Positions 16,784 through 25,298 of a stretch of DNA of 25,298 nucleotides are shown one piece after another; within the stretch, counting starts at the first letter, position 1; every line of letters starts with the position of its first letter. The notes under the pieces were generated by a model, which had not been told where the DNA came from, did no database searches, and worked only from the letters and a program-made list of their open reading frames with translations. Both the position numbers and the translations under genes were made by a program. Origin of the DNA: Bdellovibrionia bacterium (GTDB lineage Bacteria; Bdellovibrionota; UBA1018); NCBI GenBank assembly GCA_045805065.1, contig JBJMMA010000101.1, positions 1 through 25,298 on the forward strand. The letters run 5' to 3'.

Positions 16784-18510
16784 CTTGATGCGGGAGTTTC
16801 CATGATGAACTCAACTTTGTCCATCTTAAAACCCCACTTGTTGATGCTCGAGTCGGCCTTGAGCCGGATGATCATCGTGTCGCCTTGAATATATTCGGAG
16901 ACATAATCATCGGCCCCGCCCGAGACCAGATCAATGACCTGGCCATTCGGCGATTCCATACTCACCGCGTCGTAATGCTGCTCAACATCAATCTTCTCAA
17001 AATGAACGCGAATATACTTTGCGCCAGGAACATGAACGGTCCAGGTCTGGTTAGTGCTCTCCACGTAAGGATGAGCTGATTCAATCACTTGATCCTGAGA
17101 CTTCCAAAGCGACTCAGGTGGATCAAGGCTTGGAGGAACGATGTTATAGAGCGCGTTGTAGGCACTCACACGGCCCTTGGACATGACTTTTCTTCCCAGC
17201 GTGCGAACCGGCGTGCTGGTCTTGATCAAACGATCCTTGATGACATCAAAGGTCCACTCGGGATGCTCGGAGGCCAGAAGTGTTGCGATGCCTGCCACGT
17301 GCGGCGTTGCCATGGAGGTTCCGCTCAGGCTCTTATAATCGCTGCCCATATACGTGCTGTAGACGTTCACGCCAGGTGCCGCGACGTGGACACGTTTTGA
17401 TCCGTAATTAGAGAAAGTGGCGAGCGTATCGCGGTTATCAATTGCAGCAACCGATACGATATTTGGAAGCTCATAGCTCGAAGGATAGGTAGGATTTTCA
17501 CCATCGTTGCTCACGCCGTCGTTTCCGGCTGCAGCGACAAAGAGAATGCCTTGAGCCTGAGCTTTCTGGATGGCTTGATACATGACATCCGAGAAGCCTC
17601 CCCCGCCCCAGCTATTGCTCATGACTTTGACTTTCATCTGGGTGGCATAGTTGATCGCGTTGACTGCAGCCTCAAGCGTGCCGCCGCCGTTGGCGTCGAG
17701 AAACTTCAGAGGCATGATGGACGTGTTCCAGTTGATGCCCGCGACTCCGACTCCGTTGTTTCCACCTGCGCCGATTACGCCTGCGCAGTGAGTGCCATGG
17801 CCATTGTCGTCGTTTGAGGTGTTCTTGTTGTCGGCAAAGTTCCAGCCATGCACGTCGTCGATGAAACCATTTCCGTCATCATCCATTCCGTTGCCGGCGA
17901 TCTCGCCTGGATTAGTGTAAAGATTTGCAGCCAGATCCGGATGATCCCATTGAACGCCGGTATCAATTACGGCTACAATGGTGTTCTTGTTTCCAACGAT
18001 TCCTTTTTCCCAAAGCGCAGCGATAGCGATGTCGCTTCCCACGTTACCTGTCTGGCCTTCGGGATCGGCCTGACCGAGATTGCTCATGCCCCATTGCTTT
18101 TGAAACTCAGGATCGTTTGGAAGGCCCTGAGCGCCAGTGCGCATGTCGAGTGCGTGATAAATGTAATTAGGTTCTGTCAAAAGCACGGAAGGTTCGCCTT
18201 CGAGGACCTTCATCGCTGAGCGAGCCAGGGGCTCGTTCTTCATCTTCACAACAGCAAGACTTGCGTCGGTTACGAACGGATGAATCTCATCGACCGATGC
18301 TTTCCCGAGTCTCATCTGCAGAGTTTGAAGAACCGCGCCTCGTCCTGCGCGTGAGCTTGCGGCATCCCGAAACTTGACCACAAACTCACCTGGGACATGC
18401 TCAGCGATGGCAGCGGGCCGAAGAGGCGCCGCATGCGCCATGGAAAATGCCAAACCACCCAACAAACTTCCAATCGTGCCGGCCGCGATGAGTTTCGGAA
18501 AAGATGACAT
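16780..18510 (-). CDS. Secreted subtilisin-like S8 serine protease with propeptide and C-terminal CUB-like domain
   Basis: Signal peptide (AHA-A), HVPGEFVVKF..TEPNY propeptide, VAVIDTG, GHGTHCAG, AAAGND, SGTSMATPHVAG. C-terminal ESAHPY..WTVHVPGAKYIRVHF..YD..DSSINKWGF. Confidence 0.95.
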   Translation of the reverse strand: MSSFPKLIAAGTIGSLLGGLAFSMAHAAPLRPAAIAEHVPGEFVVKFRDAASSRAGRGAVLQTLQMRLGKASVDEIHPFVTDASLAVVKMKNEPLARSAMKVLEGEPSVLLTEPNYIYHALDMRTGAQGLPNDPEFQKQWGMSNLGQADPEGQTGNVGSDIAIAALWEKGIVGNKNTIVAVIDTGVQWDHPDLAANLYTNPGEIAGNGMDDDGNGFIDDVHGWNFADNKNTSNDDNGHGTHCAGVIGAGGNNGVGVAGINWNTSIMPLKFLDANGGGTLEAAVNAINYATQMKVKVMSNSWGGGGFSDVMYQAIQKAQAQGILFVAAAGNDGVSNDGENPTYPSSYELPNIVSVAAIDNRDTLATFSNYGSKRVHVAAPGVNVYSTYMGSDYKSLSGTSMATPHVAGIATLLASEHPEWTFDVIKDRLIKTSTPVRTLGRKVMSKGRVSAYNALYNIVPPSLDPPESLWKSQDQVIESAHPYVESTNQTWTVHVPGAKYIRVHFEKIDVEQHYDAVSMESPNGQVIDLVSGGADDYVSEYIQGDTMIIRLKADSSINKWGFKMDKVEFIMETPASR

Positions 18511-18545
18511 GAGCAGAGGCCCTCCTAGGCCAACATTCGGCGCTC

Positions 18546-18596
18546 AATAAGATCAAGCGACCGGCTCGATCTTATTCTCATCCTCATGAATGTCAA
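18546..18596 (-). promoter_or_regulatory. Sigma70-type promoter of the S8 protease with overlapping inverted repeat
   Basis: On the - strand, TTGACA (18596-18591)-N16-TAAGAT (18574-18569). A perfect 9-bp IR aataagatc/gatcttatt (18546-18554, 18568-18576) covers the -10 and +1 region. Confidence 0.6.
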
Positions 18597-18627
18597 GAAT
18601 GGGTCAGGAAAGGATTATTCAACAGAC

Positions 18628-20454
18628 TTAAGATACAGGGCGTCGATCACGAACGCGGAATGTCGGAGTGACCTGGCCACGGAAACGATTCAGCTCGGGA
18701 ACGCCCGCCCACTCTGCTTCTTCCTGAAGCGCGTTGCCAGACATCACATCTCCGCGCTCTGCAGCGTGAAACCAGATGGCTTCCATGCTGAGGGGCGCAA
18801 ATCCTGCTCCTGGCTTTGAGCCCAGGCCAGTACCAGGAACAAGATCGAGCTTTAAATGACGGCCCTTCAAAACACGATGCCCTCTCACAGAGGCACGCAC
18901 GGAAAACACGGGCTCAGGATTTCCCGGACCAAATGGGCCGAGATGCTCGAGTTCACGAAGCGTTTGAAGATCGAGGTCTTCGATCGCGCAGCTTCCTTCA
19001 ATCAAAAGAGGCTTGGCTTCGGCATCTTCAGCAATCGTTGCGAGCGCCTGATCAAAGGCTTCTGCAAGCTCATCGACTTTATCAAGTGCAACGGAAAGCC
19101 CTGCTGCATGCTTATGTCCGCCAAAACCTAAAAGCGTATGCGAACTCGCGCGAAGCGCCGCAAGCACGTCTTTGCCCGCGTACGATCTCACACTGCCTTT
19201 TCCGAAATCTTCGCGAAGCGCGATGACCGCTGCAGGCTTTCTGAAAGTTTCAGTCACGCGAGAGGCAACGATTCCAACCACGCCTTCGTGCCAGCTTGAA
19301 TCAGCAACCACGATGCCATGCTTGTACTTGCCTTGAGCGATCCCCTCTTCGACGCGGGCTCGCACCTGATCCCAGATTTGGTTTTGAATGGCAGCGCGCT
19401 CCTGATTGAGGCGCTCAAGCTCATGAGCCAGCTCATTGGCTCTGAGGTCATCCAGGGTCGTGAGAAGCTCCAGAGCGAGGCTTGCCGATTGAATTCGCCC
19501 CGATGCATTGATCCGAGGACCAATGACAAAGCCCAGATGACCTGGGCTCACGTCTTTGGCGCCAAGTCCTGCGGCCTCAAGAAGGGCGCGAACTCCTGGC
19601 TTTTTAGAGCGCTTGAGAACTTCCAGACCCTGACGAACCAGGACATGGTTATCGCCAATGAGTGGCACCATGTCGGCGGCTGTTGCCATCACGACCAAAT
19701 CCAGATGTTGCTTGAGATTAGGCTCTGCGCCTGCAGCAAACCAGCCTTCTTGGCGTCCGCGCATTCGGAGCGCCATCGCAAGATAGAAAGCCAGTCCGCA
19801 GCCGCAAAGCTGTCTCAGCATGCTTGGGCAATCCGTGCGCTGCGGATTGATGACCGCTACTGCTGGCGGCAACCCGCGCTTGGCATCCAGCTGATGGTGA
19901 TCAACGACAATGAGATCAATTCCAAGCTCACGCGCTTTTTCAGCCGCATCAAAGCTTGAGATTCCGCAATCCACAGTCAGAAGAATCTTGGCGCCCGACT
20001 CGACCGCTTCCTCGACCGCCTTGACGTTCAAGCCATAGCCATCTTTGAAACGATCCGGCTGACGGACATCATGCTCAAAGCCAAACTCGCGCAAAATCCA
20101 GGACAAAAGAGCTGCGCCCGTGGTGCCATCGACATCGTAGTCACCAAAGACGCGGATCTTTTCTTTTGCGGCTCGCGCCTGGCTTAAGCGATCGACTGCC
20201 TTCCCCATGTCTTGGATCTGCATGGGGTTGGTCAGCGACTCAAAGCGCGGGTAGAGAAACTCCTGGATGTCTTTCGCGGTTTTCAGACCACGAAGAAGAC
20301 ATACCCGGAGCGTGATTGGAGAAAGACCGGTTTCCTGCCGAAGCAGAGCCAGGTCCTGGTCGGAAACTGAGTGCTCAGTCCTCAGTTTCCATTCGCGAGG
20401 TTCAGCCTTACTGCTACTTGGGCCAACTGTTTCGCTCGCGCTCTCCGAATTCAT
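18628..20454 (-). CDS. recJ: Single-stranded-DNA-specific exonuclease RecJ
   Basis: GDYDVDG, TVDCG, VDHH, ADMVPL, GPRINASGR, WHEGVVGIVASR, GKGSVRS, FGGHKHAAG, PFGPGNPEP. Confidence 0.97.
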   Translation of the reverse strand: MNSESASETVGPSSSKAEPREWKLRTEHSVSDQDLALLRQETGLSPITLRVCLLRGLKTAKDIQEFLYPRFESLTNPMQIQDMGKAVDRLSQARAAKEKIRVFGDYDVDGTTGAALLSWILREFGFEHDVRQPDRFKDGYGLNVKAVEEAVESGAKILLTVDCGISSFDAAEKARELGIDLIVVDHHQLDAKRGLPPAVAVINPQRTDCPSMLRQLCGCGLAFYLAMALRMRGRQEGWFAAGAEPNLKQHLDLVVMATAADMVPLIGDNHVLVRQGLEVLKRSKKPGVRALLEAAGLGAKDVSPGHLGFVIGPRINASGRIQSASLALELLTTLDDLRANELAHELERLNQERAAIQNQIWDQVRARVEEGIAQGKYKHGIVVADSSWHEGVVGIVASRVTETFRKPAAVIALREDFGKGSVRSYAGKDVLAALRASSHTLLGFGGHKHAAGLSVALDKVDELAEAFDQALATIAEDAEAKPLLIEGSCAIEDLDLQTLRELEHLGPFGPGNPEPVFSVRASVRGHRVLKGRHLKLDLVPGTGLGSKPGAGFAPLSMEAIWFHAAERGDVMSGNALQEEAEWAGVPELNRFRGQVTPTFRVRDRRPVS

Positions 20455-20543
20455 CTCTCACTACTTTCTAACTTAATTACGCTCACTACGGTGCTGACAG
20501 ATTGACTGCCGACGGCCGACTTCAACTACTTTCGCGGGTACTC

Positions 20544-21524
20544 TTACTGAAGCTTAGGTTCAGGCTTCACCATCACACGCTTGCGAGTGACTGTCTTTCC
20601 AGAAGCCTTGAGAGCTGCCTGGCGACGAGCCTGATATTCCGTGATGTAAATCACGATCGAGCTTGCGATGAAGATCGAGGAATAGGTTCCGACCACGATA
20701 CCCACCATCAAGGTGAATGCGAAGTCTTCGATGACCTTTCCACCAAAGAGCCAGAGCGAGAAAACAGTGATGAAAGTACAGATCGAAGTCAGAAGCGTAC
20801 GACCCAGAGTATCATTGATGGAGCGATTGACCGCTTGCTCAATGGACATCTCAGGATGCGCATGAAGGGTTTCACGAACGCGGTCATACACAATGATCGT
20901 GTCGTTGTTCGAGTAACCGATCAAGGCCAGCAAGGCTGCCAGAATCTGCAGGTCGAATTGCTTTTGCGTCAGAATGAAGATCCCGATCGTGAGGACGGAA
21001 TCGTGGAAAAGAGCGAGCACTGCGCCTGGAGCGTAGCGGTAGTCAAAGCGAATACCGACGTAAACCAGAATACAAAGAAGCGCATAGAACATGGACAGGT
21101 AACCGCTCATGCGGAGCGATTGACCTGCTGCCGGACCGACAACGTCCACGCGCTCGATTTTGAAATCCGTTGGGCTCAGGCTCTTTCCAAGAATCGATTC
21201 TACCTGGCCTGCAACCTGGTTGAGGGAGCTTTCATCGCCTTGAGCCTTAACGAGGAAGTCATGGCTGGTTGGATCACCGATCTGCTGAACCTTGGCGTTC
21301 TTCAGTCCGCCACTTTCCATGGCGTCGCGAACCTTGCCGATGTCCCAGGTCTGCGGGACCTTGACTTGCACTTCGGCGCCGCCGGTGAAGTCAATGCCGT
21401 AGTTCAGGCCCTTTCCTAAGAACAATGCTGCCGTCAGAACGACGCAGAGAAGAGAAAGAGCAAGCCAGAGGCGGCGCTTGCCGACGAAATCGATATTAAT
21501 GGACGGTTTAACGAGTTCAAACAT
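20544..21524 (-). CDS. secF: Protein translocase subunit SecF
   Basis: GLNYGIDFTGG, VGP, IRF, HD, IGYSNNDTIIVYDRVRE, TLGRT, GTYSSIFIAS. Confidence 0.97.
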   Translation of the reverse strand: MFELVKPSINIDFVGKRRLWLALSLLCVVLTAALFLGKGLNYGIDFTGGAEVQVKVPQTWDIGKVRDAMESGGLKNAKVQQIGDPTSHDFLVKAQGDESSLNQVAGQVESILGKSLSPTDFKIERVDVVGPAAGQSLRMSGYLSMFYALLCILVYVGIRFDYRYAPGAVLALFHDSVLTIGIFILTQKQFDLQILAALLALIGYSNNDTIIVYDRVRETLHAHPEMSIEQAVNRSINDTLGRTLLTSICTFITVFSLWLFGGKVIEDFAFTLMVGIVVGTYSSIFIASSIVIYITEYQARRQAALKASGKTVTRKRVMVKPEPKLQ

Positions 21525-21533
21525 GGGGACCCC

Positions 21534-23264
21534 TTAAATGCTGAGTTCTTTGCTTCCGCGGCTATCGAGACGATACAGGTAAGCGTCGAAAACAAGCTTA
21601 CACACGAACACAGCGGTGAAGAGAGTGGTGATGATACCAATGAGCAAGGTCACGGCAAATCCCTTGATCGGGCCCGTGCCGTACATCAGAAGAACGATCG
21701 CAGCGAGCGCGTTCGTGACGTTGGCATCCATGATGGTACGGAAGGCTTTCTGGAAACCGGATTCCACAGCACCGTGTGGGTTCTTTCCATGGCGAAGCTC
21801 TTCACGGATACGCTCGTAGATAACAACGTTGGAATCGACCGCGATACCGACCGTCAAGGCGATACCCGCAATACCCGGCAAGGTCAGAGTGGCCTCAAGC
21901 CCGACCAGACATGCGAGAACGAAAATGACGTTCAGGACCAGTGAGAAGACCGCAATCAGACCGCTCACGCGATAGTAGAATGCCACGAACAAGAAGACCA
22001 GAATGCTTCCGATCACGCTCGCCAGAGCTCCCTTATGAATGGAGTCCTGTCCGAGAGATGGTCCGATGATTCTTTGTTCGAGGAACTCAAGCTTCGCAGG
22101 CAGAGCGCCGGCGCGAAGAACGATCGACAAATCCTGCGCTTCTCTCATCATCGCATCGTAATCGCCCGAGCCCAGAGTGATCTGGCCACGATCCGAAATC
22201 TTGCTTTGAATCATAGGAGCGGATTGAACGACGTTATCGAGAACGATCGCCATGCGCTTGTGGATATTCTCGCCCGTCACGCGCTCAGACGTTGCGGCGC
22301 CACGTGGGTTGAATTGGAATGCAACCACTGGACGATTCTGACCTGAATCGCTGTGATCCAAAGAGACGGAAGCGTCTTGAAGGTCTTCACCCGTCATGTC
22401 GGCTTTCACGCCGACGAGCATTGGAATACGGATCGCGCTCTCCTCGCCCTTGCCATTGGCTTTTGGGCGTTCGAAGGCGATCATCTTTCCTGCCGGGATC
22501 TTGCCCTGAGCAAGCTCATTGATCTTGGTCATGTAATCGTTGAACGATTGACCTGGCTTGTAGGTCACGCCCGATTGCTTCTCGATATCTCCCACAAGTT
22601 TAGCAAGCTGATCGGGAGCCATCGTCGTATCGTCAACAATCTTGAACTCAAGCTTTGCCGTACGGCCGATGAGGTCCTTTGCGCGATCAATTTCTTTCAC
22701 GCCAGGAAGCTCGACTACGACACGGTCATTGCCTTGGCTGCTGATGGAAGGTTCAGCCACGCCGAACTCGTCAATACGGTTACGGATGACTTCGATACTT
22801 TGATTGATCGTACGATCGCGAACTTCGTTGCGGTATTCGCGAGTCAGACCCAGGCTCAGCTGATTAGGAGTGTCTCCCACCACGCGAAGCGAGGTGAATT
22901 CCTTCTTCAAAAGGCCGTAAACCGCATCGTGAGCGGATGGCTCGAAGTTCACTTCAAAACGTGGATCATCGGCAGCACCTGGAGCGGATGGCTTCAGCTC
23001 GGTTACCTGCACGCCCTTTTCCTTCAGGCGGGAGCCGAGGGAGGTCTCCTGGCGATCCAGGATGTCCTTGTAGACTTTATTGAAGTCCACTCCGAGCACC
23101 ATATAAAGACCGCCCTGAAGGTCGAGACCCAGGTTGATCTTCTGTTTGAATGGGAATTTCGAAGTCTCAGGATTGAGATTGGCGACAGTCGGGATGATGT
23201 AAATGACAGAAAGAACGACGACGAACGCGAGAAGCAATAGCTTCCCCCACCAAGCTCTTGACAT
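21534..23264 (-). CDS. secD: Protein translocase subunit SecD
   Basis: LGLDLQGG, RIDEFGVAEP, VELPG, AIVLD, LRAGALP, IGPSLG, TLPGIAG, VDSNVVIYERIREE, DANVT, GPIKGFA. Confidence 0.97.
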   Translation of the reverse strand: MSRAWWGKLLLLAFVVVLSVIYIIPTVANLNPETSKFPFKQKINLGLDLQGGLYMVLGVDFNKVYKDILDRQETSLGSRLKEKGVQVTELKPSAPGAADDPRFEVNFEPSAHDAVYGLLKKEFTSLRVVGDTPNQLSLGLTREYRNEVRDRTINQSIEVIRNRIDEFGVAEPSISSQGNDRVVVELPGVKEIDRAKDLIGRTAKLEFKIVDDTTMAPDQLAKLVGDIEKQSGVTYKPGQSFNDYMTKINELAQGKIPAGKMIAFERPKANGKGEESAIRIPMLVGVKADMTGEDLQDASVSLDHSDSGQNRPVVAFQFNPRGAATSERVTGENIHKRMAIVLDNVVQSAPMIQSKISDRGQITLGSGDYDAMMREAQDLSIVLRAGALPAKLEFLEQRIIGPSLGQDSIHKGALASVIGSILVFLFVAFYYRVSGLIAVFSLVLNVIFVLACLVGLEATLTLPGIAGIALTVGIAVDSNVVIYERIREELRHGKNPHGAVESGFQKAFRTIMDANVTNALAAIVLLMYGTGPIKGFAVTLLIGIITTLFTAVFVCKLVFDAYLYRLDSRGSKELSI

Positions 23265-23276
23265 TAAATGTCTCCT

Positions 23277-23302
23277 AAAAAACGTGGCAGCAGGCCGCCA
23301 CG
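23277..23302 (-). terminator. Intrinsic-terminator-like hairpin between yajC and secD
   Basis: On the - strand, CGUGGCGG-CCUG-CUGCCACG (8 bp including one G-U) followed by U6, immediately before the secD SD (AGGAGA). Confidence 0.6.
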
Positions 23303-23338
23303 ATACAAGTTTTTTTCTTAAAACTTAAAGCTAGAAGC

Positions 23339-23740
23339 TCAGACTTGGCCGGCCTTCATGACCTGCGTGATCTGGCTCTTCAGCATCTTCACGCGGACGC
23401 GGTCAGCCACTTCGACTGAAACCACTTTGTCCGTGATTTCTGAGATCTTGCCCAAGATTCCGGACGCTGTCAAAACTTCGTCTCCAACCTTGAGGTTCTT
23501 GAGCATATCTTGCTGCTCTCTCATCTTCTTCTGCTGTGGGCGAATCATCAGAAAATAGATGACCGCGAACATGAGAGCGAAAGGAACGACTTGCGCAAGC
23601 ATTGCGTTCGGGCCGCCGGCTGCAGGCGCGCCAGGAGCAGCAGCACTGCCAGCTGGAACAGCTGGGCCTTCTGCCCAAGCCGAAGCGTTAACCAGAACCA
23701 AACTGCTTACTGCAAGAACAGAATTCAAAACTTTTTTCAT
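23339..23740 (-). CDS. yajC: Preprotein translocase subunit YajC
   Basis: YFLMIRPQQKK, LKVGDEVLTASGILG; lies between tgt and secD. Has an N-terminal signal-like extension. Confidence 0.96.
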   Translation of the reverse strand: MKKVLNSVLAVSSLVLVNASAWAEGPAVPAGSAAAPGAPAAGGPNAMLAQVVPFALMFAVIYFLMIRPQQKKMREQQDMLKNLKVGDEVLTASGILGKISEITDKVVSVEVADRVRVKMLKSQITQVMKAGQV

Positions 23741-23770
23741 AGTATAAGTGGCCTTTAAAATTTTGTGCGG

Positions 23771-24943
<1,173 letters not shown>

Positions 24944-24962
24944 CTAAAATAAGTTCGAAGAC

Positions 24963-25298
24963 TTAGGTCAAAAATGGATTTTCGCGCTTCTCAATTCCAA
25001 TACGGGTCTCAGGGCCATGGCCTGGGCAAACTCGCGTATCATCATCGAGGGTCAGAAAGCGGCTTCGGATGCTTTTGAACATCTGATCCTGGTTGGCTCC
25101 CCAGAGGTCCGTACGGCCCACGCTTCCCTGAAAGAGCGTATCTCCCGAGAAGAGGGTTTCAGGAATCTTAAGCCCGCTATCCTCATGAAGACGGAGCCCA
25201 ACGCTTCCTGGGCTATGGCCCGGCGTATGGATCACGGAAAGCTTCAACTCCCCTACTCGGAGCTCCTCTCCATCTTCCAGATAATGGTCGACGGGCAG
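24963..25298 (-). CDS. MBL-fold metallo-hydrolase (glyoxalase II-like), 3' part
   Basis: The frame is open to the window end. HTPGHSPG, FSGDTLFQGSVGRTD, PGHGPETRIGIEKRENPF. Confidence 0.93.
   Translation of the reverse strand: MPVDHYLEDGEELRVGELKLSVIHTPGHSPGSVGLRLHEDSGLKIPETLFSGDTLFQGSVGRTDLWGANQDQMFKSIRSRFLTLDDDTRVCPGHGPETRIGIEKRENPFLT

Noticed and set aside
20455..20543. Short repeats (cactactttc / aactactttc / ctcactac) between secF and recJ
   Set aside because: Too short and irregular to be a CRISPR array or a supported regulatory array.

Overview
Bacterial chromosomal window; the gene content resembles Bdellovibrionota/deltaproteobacteria (inference only). Two housekeeping blocks converge. 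The left block is a sigma54 activator tail, fliL-like gene, lipoprotein and accA-gmk-rel/spoT. The right block, on the - strand, is an MBL hydrolase, tgt-yajC-secD-secF-recJ, an S8/CUB protease and a coiled-coil protein. A ~10.7 kb accessory region (5466-16159) lies between them and has three parts. (i) An AT-rich, decayed Rhs locus with an orphan Rhs core plus an unrecognised 103-aa toxin tip, three immunity-like genes and a second degenerate Rhs-core scrap. (ii) An intact-looking 1242-bp IS3-family element with no target duplication, which truncates the Rhs gene. (iii) A four-gene cluster of exported proteins behind a good sigma54 -24/-12 motif: a Hedgehog-type Hint autoprocessing protein, a lipoprotein subtilase with a Glu-His-Ser-like triad, a membrane-anchored helical protein, and a 1012-aa MACPF/CDC-like + LRR + 7xKelch protein. 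This cluster is the best candidate for an undescribed system, a protease-activated pore-forming ('complement-like') attack or defence module. All domain calls are by-eye motif recognition; no searches were run.
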